Source: Anaerovoracaceae bacterium
Lineage (GTDB): Bacteria; Bacillota; Clostridia; Peptostreptococcales; Anaerovoracaceae
Direction: 5' to 3'
Assembly (NCBI GenBank): GCA_045578745.1
Contig: JAZNKW010000067.1
Span: forward strand, 1,987 to 65,986
DNA: 64,000 bases
The translations under genes and the position numbers were made by a program. Shown here one piece after another: positions 1-9,292 of this stretch. The first letter of the stretch is position 1; the number at the start of each line of letters is the position of its first letter. The notes under the pieces were generated by a model. It was not told where the DNA came from. It saw nothing but the letters and a program-made list of their open reading frames with translations, and ran no database searches.

Positions 1-215
1 TGGGAACGTTTCCAGTTCTCTGTGGAAAAAGCATACACGGTCAGATATTTAATGCCCATCACATCGGCACGTTTTACGATTTCTTTCATGGCCAGCATTC
101 CGGCATTATGTCCTGCCAGGCGGCTGACGCCATTCTTTTCTGCCCAGCGTCCGTTTCCGTCCATGATAACGGCCACATGCTGCGGCTCATTTTTCTTTTC
201 AGTCAGTTCTGTCAT
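1..215 (-). CDS. uppS: Undecaprenyl diphosphate synthase (isoprenyl transferase), N-terminal part only; the gene runs off the left edge
   Basis: Reverse translation from the ATG at 215-213 gives [40 protein letters not shown]. This contains the IMDGNGRWA cis-prenyltransferase signature. The gene lies downstream of frr, as in the conserved pyrH-frr-uppS order. Confidence 0.85.
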   Translation of the reverse strand, partial: MTELTEKKNEPQHVAVIMDGNGRWAEKNGVSRLAGHNAGMLAMKEIVKRADVMGIKYLTVYAFSTENWKRS

Positions 216-242
216 CGGTAATTTACCCTCTTTATTGAAACA

Positions 243-270
243 ATGTGGCTGCCTTTCACAGCAGCCACAT
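243..270 (-). terminator. 10-bp stem hairpin between frr and uppS; a possible weak terminator or attenuator
   Basis: ATGTGGCTGC (243-252) pairs with GCAGCCACAT (261-270). The U-tract on the minus strand is poor. Confidence 0.35.
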
Positions 271-283
271 TTCCTGAAGTTGT

Positions 284-838
284 TTAAACTTCCATAATTT
301 CCTTGTCTTTGTGTGCAACGATATCGTCGATTTCCTTGATAACCTTATCAGTCATCTTCTGAATATCGTCCAGAGCCTTCTTAGCATCATCTTCTGTGAT
401 TTCGTGGTTCTTTTCCATCTTCTTCAGATGATCGTTAGCGTCTCTTCTCAGGTTACGGATTGCAACCTTAGCGTCTTCACCCATCTTCTTAACAGTCTTG
501 GTCAGTTCCTTTCTTCTGTCTTCAGTTACAGGCGGAACTACCAGACGAACGCACTTACCGTCGTTAGTAGGGTTGATGCCGATGTTAGCCATGTTGATGC
601 CCTTTTCGATGTTGCCGATGGACTTGGCATCGAATGGAGCGATCATCAGGGTTCTAGGGTCTGGAGTGGAAATGTTAGCCAGATTCTTCAGAGGTGTAGG
701 GCAGCCGTAGTAATCTACCATAACTCTGTCCAGCAGTGCAGGGTTTGCTCTGCCAGCTCTTACTGTGTTCAGTTCTTCGTGCAGAACGTGAATCGTCTTT
801 TTGCTTCTTTCTTCCAGATTCTTCTTAATGGTTTCCAT
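284..838 (-). CDS. frr: Ribosome recycling factor
   Basis: 184-aa ORF with a typical RRF sequence ([23 protein letters not shown]). It follows pyrH. Confidence 0.97.
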   Translation of the reverse strand: METIKKNLEERSKKTIHVLHEELNTVRAGRANPALLDRVMVDYYGCPTPLKNLANISTPDPRTLMIAPFDAKSIGNIEKGINMANIGINPTNDGKCVRLVVPPVTEDRRKELTKTVKKMGEDAKVAIRNLRRDANDHLKKMEKNHEITEDDAKKALDDIQKMTDKVIKEIDDIVAHKDKEIMEV

Positions 839-891
839 AATGGGAGCCTCCTGTTTTGATGTATTTTTTATTTTCGAAGATTTCTCTTAAC

Positions 892-1596
892 TTAACGAAC
901 GATGGTACCGATTTTTTCACCGGTCAGTGCCTTCAGCACATTGCCTTCTTCAGCCAGTGCGAACACATGGATTGCGATGTTATTGTCCTTACACAGAGTT
1001 GCTGCGGTCAGGTCCATAACCTTCAGGTCTCTTTCGATAACTTCCATGAAGGTCAGGTCATCGAACTTCACTGCATCCGGATTGGTTGCAGGGTCACTGT
1101 CATATACGCCGTCCACATTCTTAGCCAGCAGAATCACATCTGCACCGATTTCCGCCGCACGCAGAGCTGCTGCAGTATCAGTGGAGAAGAACGGATTGCC
1201 GGTACCTGCGCCGAAGATTACCACATCGCCATGTTCCAGATGGGACAGAGCTTTTCTTCTTGCGTAAGGTTCTGCAACCTCTCTCATTTCGATGGATGTC
1301 TGTACCTTGGCCGGTACACCGATTGCCAGCAGGGATTCCTGCACAGCCAGGCTGTTCATAACAGTTGCCAGCATTCCCATATAGTCCGCAGTCGCACGGT
1401 CCATATCCTTGCTGGTTCTGCCTCTCCAGAAGTTTCCGCCGCCAACCACGATTGCCACTTCCACACCCAGGTCGTGGATCTGCTTGATTTCCTTCGCAAC
1501 CTTTCTGGTCATTTCTTCATTAATACCGAACTTGTCGCTGCCTGCCAGAGCTTCGCCGCTGATTTTCAGCAAAACACGTTTATATACCGGTCTCAT
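892..1596 (-). CDS. pyrH: UMP kinase
   Basis: 234-aa ORF with the [13 protein letters not shown] and GGGNFWRG motifs of the amino-acid-kinase-fold UMP kinase. Confidence 0.97.
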   Translation of the reverse strand: MRPVYKRVLLKISGEALAGSDKFGINEEMTRKVAKEIKQIHDLGVEVAIVVGGGNFWRGRTSKDMDRATADYMGMLATVMNSLAVQESLLAIGVPAKVQTSIEMREVAEPYARRKALSHLEHGDVVIFGAGTGNPFFSTDTAAALRAAEIGADVILLAKNVDGVYDSDPATNPDAVKFDDLTFMEVIERDLKVMDLTAATLCKDNNIAIHVFALAEEGNVLKALTGEKIGTIVR

Positions 1597-1656
1597 AGTA
1601 TCTCTCCTGCCTTATCTTTTTCGTTAAACTTTTGCCTATAAAAAAGCACTGCGTAT

Positions 1657-1685
1657 ATTATACCATATCCGCCATGAATCTTCAA
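1657..1685 (-). promoter_or_regulatory. Candidate sigma-A promoter for pyrH
   Basis: The minus strand reads TTGAAG (1685-1680), a 17-nt spacer, then TG-n-TATAAT (1662-1657). Confidence 0.5.
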
Positions 1686-1700
1686 TTAGAACTTCACAGT

Positions 1701-2075
1701 TTACAGGTAAGCAACCGCTTCAATTTCAACCAGACCGCCCTTTGGCAGCTTAGCTACTTCCACTGCAGAACGGGATGGCATGTCACCTTCGAAATAGGTT
1801 GCATAGATTGCGTTCATTGCAGCGAAATCGTCCATGCTCTGCAGGAAGCAGGTGGTCTTGATTACCTTATCCAGGCTGGTGCCTGCTTCTTCCAGGATTG
1901 CCTTCAGGTTAGCGAATACCTGGTGAGTCTGCGCTTCCAGACCTTCCTTCAGTTCGCCGGTTGCAGGATCCATACCCAGCTGACCGGATGTGAATACGAA
2001 GTTGCCGATAATGTTAGCCTGTGCGTAAGGACCGATTGCTGCTGGTGCGTTTGTTGTTGCTACTACTTTTCTCAT
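1701..2075 (-). CDS. ridA: RidA/YjgF family reactive-intermediate (enamine/imine) deaminase
   Basis: 124-aa ORF. APAAIGPYAQA and LVEIEAVA are typical of the YjgF/RidA family. A GAGAGGAG RBS lies upstream. Confidence 0.9.
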   Translation of the reverse strand: MRKVVATTNAPAAIGPYAQANIIGNFVFTSGQLGMDPATGELKEGLEAQTHQVFANLKAILEEAGTSLDKVIKTTCFLQSMDDFAAMNAIYATYFEGDMPSRSAVEVAKLPKGGLVEIEAVAYL

Positions 2076-2107
2076 GATGTTTCTCCTCTCATATTTCGCT
2101 GCCGGGC

Positions 2108-2617
2108 TTATTCTGCCTCAGTAACAGCTTTTACAATCTCTGCCACAGTTTCTTCAAGGCAGAGTCCTGTTGTGTCAATTGTGATATCTGCAAATTTCTG
2201 ATACAGCGGCAGACGCTGGTAATAAAGGTCTGCAACTGTCTGGCCCGGTTCCAGGGTCACGCCTCTGGTAGCCAGGTTTGACAGGCGGCGCTCAATTTCC
2301 TCCACCGGAACATGGAGATATACTACCACGCCGTCCTTCTTGAAGTGTTCAAAGACAGACGGGTAATAGATAGCGCTTCCGCCGGGTGCAATGACCGTAT
2401 TTTCCACATTGATGCCGCAGAGAACTTCTTCCTCCACCTTGCGGAATCCGTCATTTCCCTCTTCATTGATGATGGTCTGCAGCGGCTTTCCGGTAACATG
2501 CTGAATAACCAGATCACCGTCTATGAAATCCTTTGCCAGGATTTTCGCCACTACCACACCAGTGGTGCTCTTTCCTGCACCCGCCATGCCGATTAAAATA
2601 ATATTACTTTTTTTCAT
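2108..2617 (-). CDS. aroK: Shikimate kinase
   Basis: The P-loop GMAGAGKSTTG is followed by FIDGD, which is the shikimate kinase pattern. I chose the ATG at 2617, which follows a GGGGA RBS. Confidence 0.88.
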   Translation of the reverse strand: MKKSNIILIGMAGAGKSTTGVVVAKILAKDFIDGDLVIQHVTGKPLQTIINEEGNDGFRKVEEEVLCGINVENTVIAPGGSAIYYPSVFEHFKKDGVVVYLHVPVEEIERRLSNLATRGVTLEPGQTVADLYYQRLPLYQKFADITIDTTGLCLEETVAEIVKAVTEAE

Positions 2618-2634
2618 ATGCAAGTCCCCGTATG

Positions 2635-3447
2635 TTATCCCATGATGAACTGTCTGATCAGTGTCATTTCAGTAAAATTATCTGCCGTATACTGTACTGT
2701 ATGATCATCCACCTGTGTAACGCCAGGATGAATCAGTGCAGAACGCACCTGCTGATGCTGCGGCACATTTACTTCCAGTACCAGTTTTTCAGGAATCGGA
2801 CGTGCTGCAGTCGGATGCTCTTCCTCACGAACCATCACCTGTGCAACTGCAGCCTTGATAGCATCACAGACATCTGCCGGATGCAGATTAAAAGTGGAGT
2901 TGCCGCGGCAGTCCTTGGTAGCCACTGTGCTGATTCCGGGATATTCTTCTTCTGCTCTTCTGCAGATATCAGCATCTCCGCTGATGAAAACAGGAGCTAC
3001 ACCCTGACATTCTGCATAAAGAGAATTCAGCGTAAATTCTGATGCCAGCTGACCGTTCACCTTAATCCAGTTTATATGACTGCTGCTGATGGTATGTGCC
3101 AGCGGGCTGCCGTCACTTCCGCCAGGTGCATGATAGCCGATATAGAGTACGCCCGCATACGTGTTGTCCAGCCCTGCCATCATGGTTCCCGGATGACATG
3201 CCCATCCTCTCATCAGTTTTGCCCCCCTTGGAAGCATGCTGTGGATAATGTTCTTCGCAGTACCGTGACCGTCACGTACGACTACTTCATGACCGGCTTC
3301 CAGAATCGCTTCACAGGCCGCAGCTACCTCCAGACTCATCTGTCTCGCTGCTTCACTGTAACCAACGCCTCCAACTTCACATTCATGCCAGGAAGTTACG
3401 TCGCAGCATCCCTCGATATCTGCACTGATAAAATATTTCTTTTTCAT
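2635..3447 (-). CDS. M55 family D-aminopeptidase (DppA-like)
   Basis: The N-terminus is MKKKYFISADIEGCCDV, and the overall sequence is typical of peptidase M55. A GGAGAAG RBS precedes the ATG at 3447. Confidence 0.85.
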   Translation of the reverse strand: MKKKYFISADIEGCCDVTSWHECEVGGVGYSEAARQMSLEVAAACEAILEAGHEVVVRDGHGTAKNIIHSMLPRGAKLMRGWACHPGTMMAGLDNTYAGVLYIGYHAPGGSDGSPLAHTISSSHINWIKVNGQLASEFTLNSLYAECQGVAPVFISGDADICRRAEEEYPGISTVATKDCRGNSTFNLHPADVCDAIKAAVAQVMVREEEHPTAARPIPEKLVLEVNVPQHQQVRSALIHPGVTQVDDHTVQYTADNFTEMTLIRQFIMG

Positions 3448-3460
3448 CGTTTCTTCTCCG

Positions 3461-4525
3461 TTATTTCTCAAATCCGTCCCCGTAGGTTTCCATGAATTCC
3501 TTCAGACCCATCCAGGATTTTTTCAGCACGCCGCCCTTGGTTTCTGCATGATACAGAGAGCTTACAATTGCTTCTTCCACAGCTTCTACCGCAGATTCAA
3601 ACACCATGTCTAATTCTTCATCATAAAACATCTTCATGTCCAGAATGTTCTTATCGCTGTAGTGAGACAGACGGTTTGCCGTAGTGAAGGCAATTCCCAC
3701 GTCTCCGCTGCCGTTTCCGCAGTAGGAACCCACACGGCCCAGGGATACCATAGCACGCTTTGCCACACGCTTCAGCTGACGTTCACTCAGCGGAATGTCT
3801 GTAGCAATTACCATGATAATGGACCCCTTGTCCTTACCGGCAAACAGATCCTCGTTATTATAGCACTTGGTATTATAATGCTTGCCGCCGATAACCAGGT
3901 TGCCTGCACCGCCAAAGTTGGACATTACCAGCGCACCCACGGTATAATCTTTGCCATCAACCGGAACGATTCTGGATGCAGAACCAATACCGCCCTTCAG
4001 ACCCAGGCATACCATGCCGGTGCCGCCGCCAACAGCACCCTCTTCAAAATCCACATCAGCAGCCGCAATAGCATCGGTCACGTTTTCTTCTGCCACATGG
4101 AGGCCGCGGATGTCATTGATTCTGCCGTCATTGCATTCTGTAATGACGCAGTTTACGGTACCGGTCTTGAGACCAATGTCCTCATTCTGTGCCAGCATGT
4201 ACTTTGTCACTGCATTCCATGCCACACCGATATTCAGGGTGTTGGTCAGAATAATCGGTGTCTCAATGGTACCGATTTCATCAATCTGAATCAGACCGAT
4301 GCTCTTACCGAATCCGTTAATTACAGAAACACCCGCCATGACTTTATCCTGGAACAGGTTTCCTCCATGCGGAAGGATTGCAGTAACACCGGTATGAATA
4401 TCTTTTTCATCATCCTCAACGGTTACGTTTCCTACTTTTACGCCGGGAACGTCGGTAATCAGGTTTCTTTCACCTGGCTGCCACTTGGAATATAAATTCA
4501 GATTACTGTCTTTAGGTAAACCCAT
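3461..4525 (-). CDS. P1/S58 family peptidase (DmpA-type L-aminopeptidase/D-esterase)
   Basis: 354-aa ORF with an ITDVPGVKVGN N-terminus and a GLKGGIGSAS self-processing region typical of DmpA/S58. An AGGAGG RBS lies upstream. Confidence 0.85.
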   Translation of the reverse strand: MGLPKDSNLNLYSKWQPGERNLITDVPGVKVGNVTVEDDEKDIHTGVTAILPHGGNLFQDKVMAGVSVINGFGKSIGLIQIDEIGTIETPIILTNTLNIGVAWNAVTKYMLAQNEDIGLKTGTVNCVITECNDGRINDIRGLHVAEENVTDAIAAADVDFEEGAVGGGTGMVCLGLKGGIGSASRIVPVDGKDYTVGALVMSNFGGAGNLVIGGKHYNTKCYNNEDLFAGKDKGSIIMVIATDIPLSERQLKRVAKRAMVSLGRVGSYCGNGSGDVGIAFTTANRLSHYSDKNILDMKMFYDEELDMVFESAVEAVEEAIVSSLYHAETKGGVLKKSWMGLKEFMETYGDGFEK

Positions 4526-4540
4526 AATGCATTCCTCCTG

Positions 4541-5497
4541 TTACTTTAAAACATCTTTCATGAGACGCAGAATATTACCGCCTGCAATCATGTCAATCTG
4601 GTCCATGGTAAAATATTTATTCAGACGGTCAAGCAGAACCGGCATATTGCGGTAGTCCACCATTTCACCGGTTTCATCAATACCATCAAAATCTGATCCC
4701 AGTGCCAGTGCTTCGATGCCGGCCTTATCTGCGATATGCTTACAGTGTTCCGCAGCACGGTCGAAAGTAAACGGACCATCGTCTTCATTGAGGAAACAGT
4801 TGTAGAAGTTCAAACCTACTACACCGCCTTTTTCACCCAGCATTTTCAGCTGTGCATCGTCCAGATTTCTTCTGTGATTACAGAGTGCACGCGCACAGGA
4901 ATGGGATGCAATAAACGGCTGTTTGCTGTGTTTTGCCACATCATAGAATACACCTTCGGAAGAGTGAGACAGGTCAATAATCATACCCAGACGGTTCATT
5001 TCTTCAATTACTTCGAAACCAAACGGCTTAAGTCCCCGCAGATGTTCTTCCCTGTCGTCACGGCACGGATAGCCGATTTCATTTTCGTAATTCCAGAGCA
5101 GGCCGACCATACGGACATCATCTCTGTATGCTTCCTCTACTCTTTCAATTTTTCCTTCAAAACATACACCGTCTTCGATGGACAGCATGCCGCTCATCTT
5201 TCCGGCCGCCTTATTATCCATGATTTCCTTCCAGCTGCGGGCCTTCAGAATCAGATCTGTATTCGCATCCATTTCGCGGTGATATAAATCCACCAGAGCA
5301 CGGTAATAATCATACGGATTGGTTGTTTCCATCGCTCTTCTGGAAATCCATACTGCAAAAAGCTGGCACAGGGACTGACCATCCTTCAGCTTCATCAGGT
5401 CAATATGACCTTCATTTTCTCTCAGCTTCCAGTCCGGATTCTGCCATCCTCCCATTAATGTATCACAGTGTAAATCCACAATTCTCATGTCACTCAT
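4541..5497 (-). CDS. Membrane-dipeptidase family protein (peptidase M19)
   Basis: The IVDLHCDTL N-terminus plus the SHSS and GSDFDG motifs are characteristic of M19 dipeptidases. Confidence 0.9.
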   Translation of the reverse strand: MSDMRIVDLHCDTLMGGWQNPDWKLRENEGHIDLMKLKDGQSLCQLFAVWISRRAMETTNPYDYYRALVDLYHREMDANTDLILKARSWKEIMDNKAAGKMSGMLSIEDGVCFEGKIERVEEAYRDDVRMVGLLWNYENEIGYPCRDDREEHLRGLKPFGFEVIEEMNRLGMIIDLSHSSEGVFYDVAKHSKQPFIASHSCARALCNHRRNLDDAQLKMLGEKGGVVGLNFYNCFLNEDDGPFTFDRAAEHCKHIADKAGIEALALGSDFDGIDETGEMVDYRNMPVLLDRLNKYFTMDQIDMIAGGNILRLMKDVLK

Positions 5498-5640
5498 TTT
5501 CCGGTCTCCTTTTCCTTGCTGTCATTGATTTCGACACAAAATCTCTATCTTCTATTATCGCTCATTCCGTAAAAATGTGCAAGTAATTCCAAAGTTTAAA
5601 CCGGAAAATTAAATAAATTAAGACGTTTGTAAAAATATAT

Positions 5641-5673
5641 AAAACCCCGAATCCTTGAGGATCCGGGGTTTTC
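5641..5673 (-). terminator. Rho-independent terminator after the racemase gene
   Basis: A CCCCGAATCC/GGATCCGGGG stem with flanking A and T runs. It gives a U-tract on the minus strand. Confidence 0.7.
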
Positions 5674-5685
5674 TTCATCTCACGG

Positions 5686-6384
5686 TTATTTATATTCCTT
5701 ACCTGCAGCTGCAATAACCAGTCTGGCCAGTGTATCCATCGGATCCACATACCAGTCTTCCAGGCCTTCGTCCGCCTTGATTACAGACAATTCTGTACAT
5801 GCCAGCAGCACCTTGCTGCAGCCAGCTGCCTTATATTCTGCTTCAATCTTCTTCCAGCTTTCTGCATCGTAATTCTGACCATTCTTAATACGGTCATAAA
5901 TCTGGTGCATTACTTCTTTCTGGATTTCCTCACATGGAGTAAAAGGTTCCAGGCCCTGTTCTGTCAAGGCCTTCTGATAGAGTCCGGTCTGTACGGTTCC
6001 GTCAGTAGCCATAATGCCCACCTTTCCACCCGGACACTCTTCTGCCACAGCAGCCGCTGTGCCTTTAATCATATGCAGGATTGGAATTCCAATCTTGTCT
6101 GCAATCATGTCTGCGAAGAAGTGTGCAGTATTGCAGGTGATTGCGATACCCTTGCATCCCAGATTTTCCAGAATCTTGGCATCTTCCAGCATCTGATTGT
6201 ATGGACCTTCATACTCTCCTGCTAAAATAGCTCCCGTACGGTCCGGCATGGATGCATCACTTAAAATCACCAAATTAATATGATCCTGATCCTTTTCTGC
6301 TGCTGTATGTTCTGTCACCATCTTATAAAAGAGCTGAGAGGCCATAGGGCCCATTCCACCGATGATGCCGATTGCGTTTTTCAT
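5686..6384 (-). CDS. Asp/Glu/hydantoin racemase family protein (aspartate racemase-like)
   Basis: GIIGGMGPMAS N-terminus and the two catalytic Cys motifs, ITCNTAHFF and LACTELS. Confidence 0.85.
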   Translation of the reverse strand: MKNAIGIIGGMGPMASQLFYKMVTEHTAAEKDQDHINLVILSDASMPDRTGAILAGEYEGPYNQMLEDAKILENLGCKGIAITCNTAHFFADMIADKIGIPILHMIKGTAAAVAEECPGGKVGIMATDGTVQTGLYQKALTEQGLEPFTPCEEIQKEVMHQIYDRIKNGQNYDAESWKKIEAEYKAAGCSKVLLACTELSVIKADEGLEDWYVDPMDTLARLVIAAAGKEYK

Positions 6385-6414
6385 GTCAAAATCCTCCTGC
6401 TGTCTTTTTCGTCT

Positions 6415-6843
6415 TTAATATCGTTCTACTGCGGTACTGAACACAATATGGGTCTCTGTCTTTCCAAAACTCTGAAGTCTTCCAACAAATTCATCCAGCA
6501 GAACTGTAGTCGGAAAAACTGCTTTCAGCATCATGGAATGATTTCCCGTAATATGGCTGCATTCCAGAATACACTTTTCTTCTCTGGCAAACTCATAAAA
6601 CCGCTTATTATCTTCCGGTTTCACTGTAATCAGAATAAAGGCCTTGATTCCGTACCCCAGCTTGGCCAGATCCACTGAAGCATGGTATCCACGGATGTAG
6701 CCTTCTTTCTCCAGTTTTTCAATGCGGGCCGATACTGCCGGCATGGTAAGAAAGACTTCCGCAGACAGTTCCTTCAGTGAAATACGTCCATTCTGACGCA
6801 GTCTGTTAATTATTTTCTTATCTATTTCGTCTAATGTTCTCAT
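6415..6843 (-). CDS. Lrp/AsnC family transcriptional regulator
   Basis: LDEIDKKIINRLRQNGRISLKELS is a helix-turn-helix, followed by a C-terminal RAM/AsnC domain. I chose the ATG at 6843, which follows a GGAGA RBS. Confidence 0.9.
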   Translation of the reverse strand: MRTLDEIDKKIINRLRQNGRISLKELSAEVFLTMPAVSARIEKLEKEGYIRGYHASVDLAKLGYGIKAFILITVKPEDNKRFYEFAREEKCILECSHITGNHSMMLKAVFPTTVLLDEFVGRLQSFGKTETHIVFSTAVERY

Positions 6844-6880
6844 ATATTTCTCCATTCTGCAGAACCTCTGCATACATATT

Positions 6881-6909
6881 AATATACCATATTTTCTGAC
6901 GTTTGTCAG
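6881..6909 (-). promoter_or_regulatory. Candidate promoter for the Lrp/AsnC gene, with a palindrome overlapping the -35
   Basis: The minus strand reads CTGACA, a 17-nt spacer, then TG-g-TATATT. CTGAC-AAAC-GTCAG overlaps the -35. Confidence 0.5.
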
Positions 6910-6911
6910 CT

Positions 6912-6950
6912 AAAAAGAAAACTGCCGGAAGGTTTCTTCCGGCAGTTTTC
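6912..6950. terminator. Bidirectional rho-independent terminator
   Basis: An 11-bp stem, ACTGCCGGAAG/CTTCCGGCAGT, with loop GTTT. An A-run lies upstream and a T-run downstream. Confidence 0.7.
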
Positions 6951-7084
6951 CTGTATAGAGAACTTTTTAACTACTCTTGGGAGAGTGTGTATATTACATA
7001 TTTAAATTCCTTAGCGAATTTAAGTTAATCTTAAATTAATTAAGCGAAAAAATCAATATTTTAACCAGACTCCTTAAAAAATAT

Positions 7085-7125
7085 AAAAAAAGAGACTTCT
7101 CATTTAAAAAAATAAAGAAATCTCT
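7085..7125 (-). terminator. Terminator after trmO
   Basis: The stem AGAGACTTCT/AGAAATCTCT pairs at 9 of 10 positions. It is followed on the minus strand by a run of 7 U. Confidence 0.6.
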
Positions 7126-7133
7126 CGTTTCAG

Positions 7134-7811
7134 TCATATTTTTTCAATTTTTTTCACAGTGAGAATGCCTTCTGCAACAGTGAATTTAATCTCCATATCT
7201 GCGTATTCCATACCGTATACACGCAACGGATCCTCCTGGTAGGAAGGACGTGGATCCTGGCTTAGAATTTCACAGAGGATGTCCCGCTTCTGCTCGGGAA
7301 CAAGGGTCATACACTCCGGCGGAATCACAACTTCCAGCTGATAATCTTTCACTTTTTCTGAAAATCCGCCATAGGCTTCCGGAATGGAATCAGAATAAGT
7401 TACATAAGGTTTGATATCATAAACAGGTGTGCCATTCATCAGATCCGCACCCAGAATGTGCAGCACCGGTCCGCTCTCTTCATAGGTAATCTTCTCCAGC
7501 TTTACACAGGAAAGACCGATTGGATTGGGCCGGAACGGAGACCGAGTTGCGAAAACACCCTTTCTTACGTTTCCGCCAAGTCTTGGAGGCCGTACTGTAG
7601 CTGACCACTTTCCATCTTCTCTCACATTCTCGGAAAACTCCCAGAGAAGCCAGATGTGGGTGAATTCTTCCAGTCCCCGTACTGCATCCGGCAGGTTGTA
7701 CGGCGGCTGAAGCACAACCCTGGATGGAGTGTCCACCAGGCGGCTCTGCCGCGGAATTCCGAATTTTGCAGTGAAATCATTATATACGTAAGCAATTACG
7801 TTCATCTTCAT
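7134..7811 (-). CDS. trmO: tRNA (t6A37-N6)-methyltransferase TrmO (YaeB/TsaA family)
   Basis: FGIPRQ and GVFATRSPFRPNPIG are TsaA-like domain motifs. Confidence 0.9.
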   Translation of the reverse strand: MKMNVIAYVYNDFTAKFGIPRQSRLVDTPSRVVLQPPYNLPDAVRGLEEFTHIWLLWEFSENVREDGKWSATVRPPRLGGNVRKGVFATRSPFRPNPIGLSCVKLEKITYEESGPVLHILGADLMNGTPVYDIKPYVTYSDSIPEAYGGFSEKVKDYQLEVVIPPECMTLVPEQKRDILCEILSQDPRPSYQEDPLRVYGMEYADMEIKFTVAEGILTVKKIEKI

Positions 7812-7812
7812 A

Positions 7813-9255
7813 TTAAGCGCTTAAAGCCTCTCTTTCTGCTTTTCTTTTCAGTTCTTCTTCCCGTTCCATGCGGCGTTTTTTAATTCCCCGCATGATAATC
7901 ACATAGCTTACTGCCAAAACGAAAGCTGTCAGCCCCCAGCTGATTGGATAGGAAAAATAAATTGTATGAATCGTATGGAATCTTGGAATCTGGAATATGG
8001 TCATAATCCAAAGAATACGCAGACCGCAGGCACCAATGAGCGATACAATCATTGGAAGCATGGAGTATCCCAGTCCGCGGAGTGTACCTACCAGAGAATC
8101 CATAATACCACATAACGCATAGAAGCATGCAACATAGGACATTCTAACCAGTCCCATCTGAATTACCTCTGCATTGTCAGAATACAGGCGCAGAAGTGTA
8201 TCACCAAAGAAGAATGCCCCATTACCTAAAATGATACCGGCTGCCGCCGCACTTCCCACACAGGAAAGAAGAATCTTAGTTACACGTTCATACTTTCCAA
8301 CGCCCACATTCTGGCTGGCAAAGGAAATGGCCGCCTGGCTGAAGGAATTCATGGAAACATAGACGAAACCTTCGATATTCTGTGCTGCTGCATTTCCGGC
8401 AACTACAATATTGCCGAAACTGTTAACAGATGACTGAATTACCACGTTTGACAGGGAGAACAGAATTCCGGAGAATCCGGCAGGAATACCAATCTGCAGG
8501 ATTTTGAGAAACTCCTGCTTGTGAATAAACAGCAGTTTCGGACGCAGCTTCATGCTTCCGCTTTCGTTCATCAGACAACGCACAATCATAAATGCGGAGA
8601 AGCACTGGGCAATTGCAGTGGCCGCAGCAACCCCTGCCACATCCATCTTCAGAACAATTACGAAGATCAGGTTCAGACCCACATTTATGAAACCGGCGGC
8701 TGTCAGGTAATACAGCGGACGGCGGGTATCCCCGATGGCACGGAGAATCGCTGCACCATAGTTATACAGCAGCATGGCCGGCATACACAGGAAATAAATC
8801 TTCAGGTACAGAACCGACAAATCCAGTACCTCCGGAGGAGACTGCATCAATTTCATAATCGGACGTGCTCCGAAGAAGCCCACAATGGCCAGCAGAACAC
8901 CTCCAACGATTGCAAGCATCATTGCCGTATGAATGGTCTTGCTCAGATGTGCACTCTTCTTAGCTGCATAGTACCGCGCAGTCAGAACATTTGCCCCGAT
9001 AGAAAGACCTACAAACAGATTAACAAGCAGGTTGACAATAGATGTGGTAGACCCAACAGCTGCCAGCGAATTTTCGCCAGCAAACCTGCCGACTACGATA
9101 ATGTCTGCTGCATTAAACAAAAGCTGCAGTACACTGGATGCCATCAGCGGCAATGTATATATCAGTACTTTTTTAAGCACCGGACCGCTGCACATATCCA
9201 TTTCATATTTCCGCTTACTCTTTATGGTTTTCAGTTCTTTTTCTTCCTGTTCCAT
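7813..9255 (-). CDS. MATE family efflux transporter
   Basis: 480-aa polytopic protein. LLQLLFNAADIIVVGRF and the 12-TM organisation are typical of MATE/NorM. Confidence 0.9.
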   Translation of the reverse strand: MEQEEKELKTIKSKRKYEMDMCSGPVLKKVLIYTLPLMASSVLQLLFNAADIIVVGRFAGENSLAAVGSTTSIVNLLVNLFVGLSIGANVLTARYYAAKKSAHLSKTIHTAMMLAIVGGVLLAIVGFFGARPIMKLMQSPPEVLDLSVLYLKIYFLCMPAMLLYNYGAAILRAIGDTRRPLYYLTAAGFINVGLNLIFVIVLKMDVAGVAAATAIAQCFSAFMIVRCLMNESGSMKLRPKLLFIHKQEFLKILQIGIPAGFSGILFSLSNVVIQSSVNSFGNIVVAGNAAAQNIEGFVYVSMNSFSQAAISFASQNVGVGKYERVTKILLSCVGSAAAAGIILGNGAFFFGDTLLRLYSDNAEVIQMGLVRMSYVACFYALCGIMDSLVGTLRGLGYSMLPMIVSLIGACGLRILWIMTIFQIPRFHTIHTIYFSYPISWGLTAFVLAVSYVIIMRGIKKRRMEREEELKRKAEREALSA

Positions 9256-9292
9256 AACGTCACCTTCAAAAACATTCTTTACAGCATTACGT

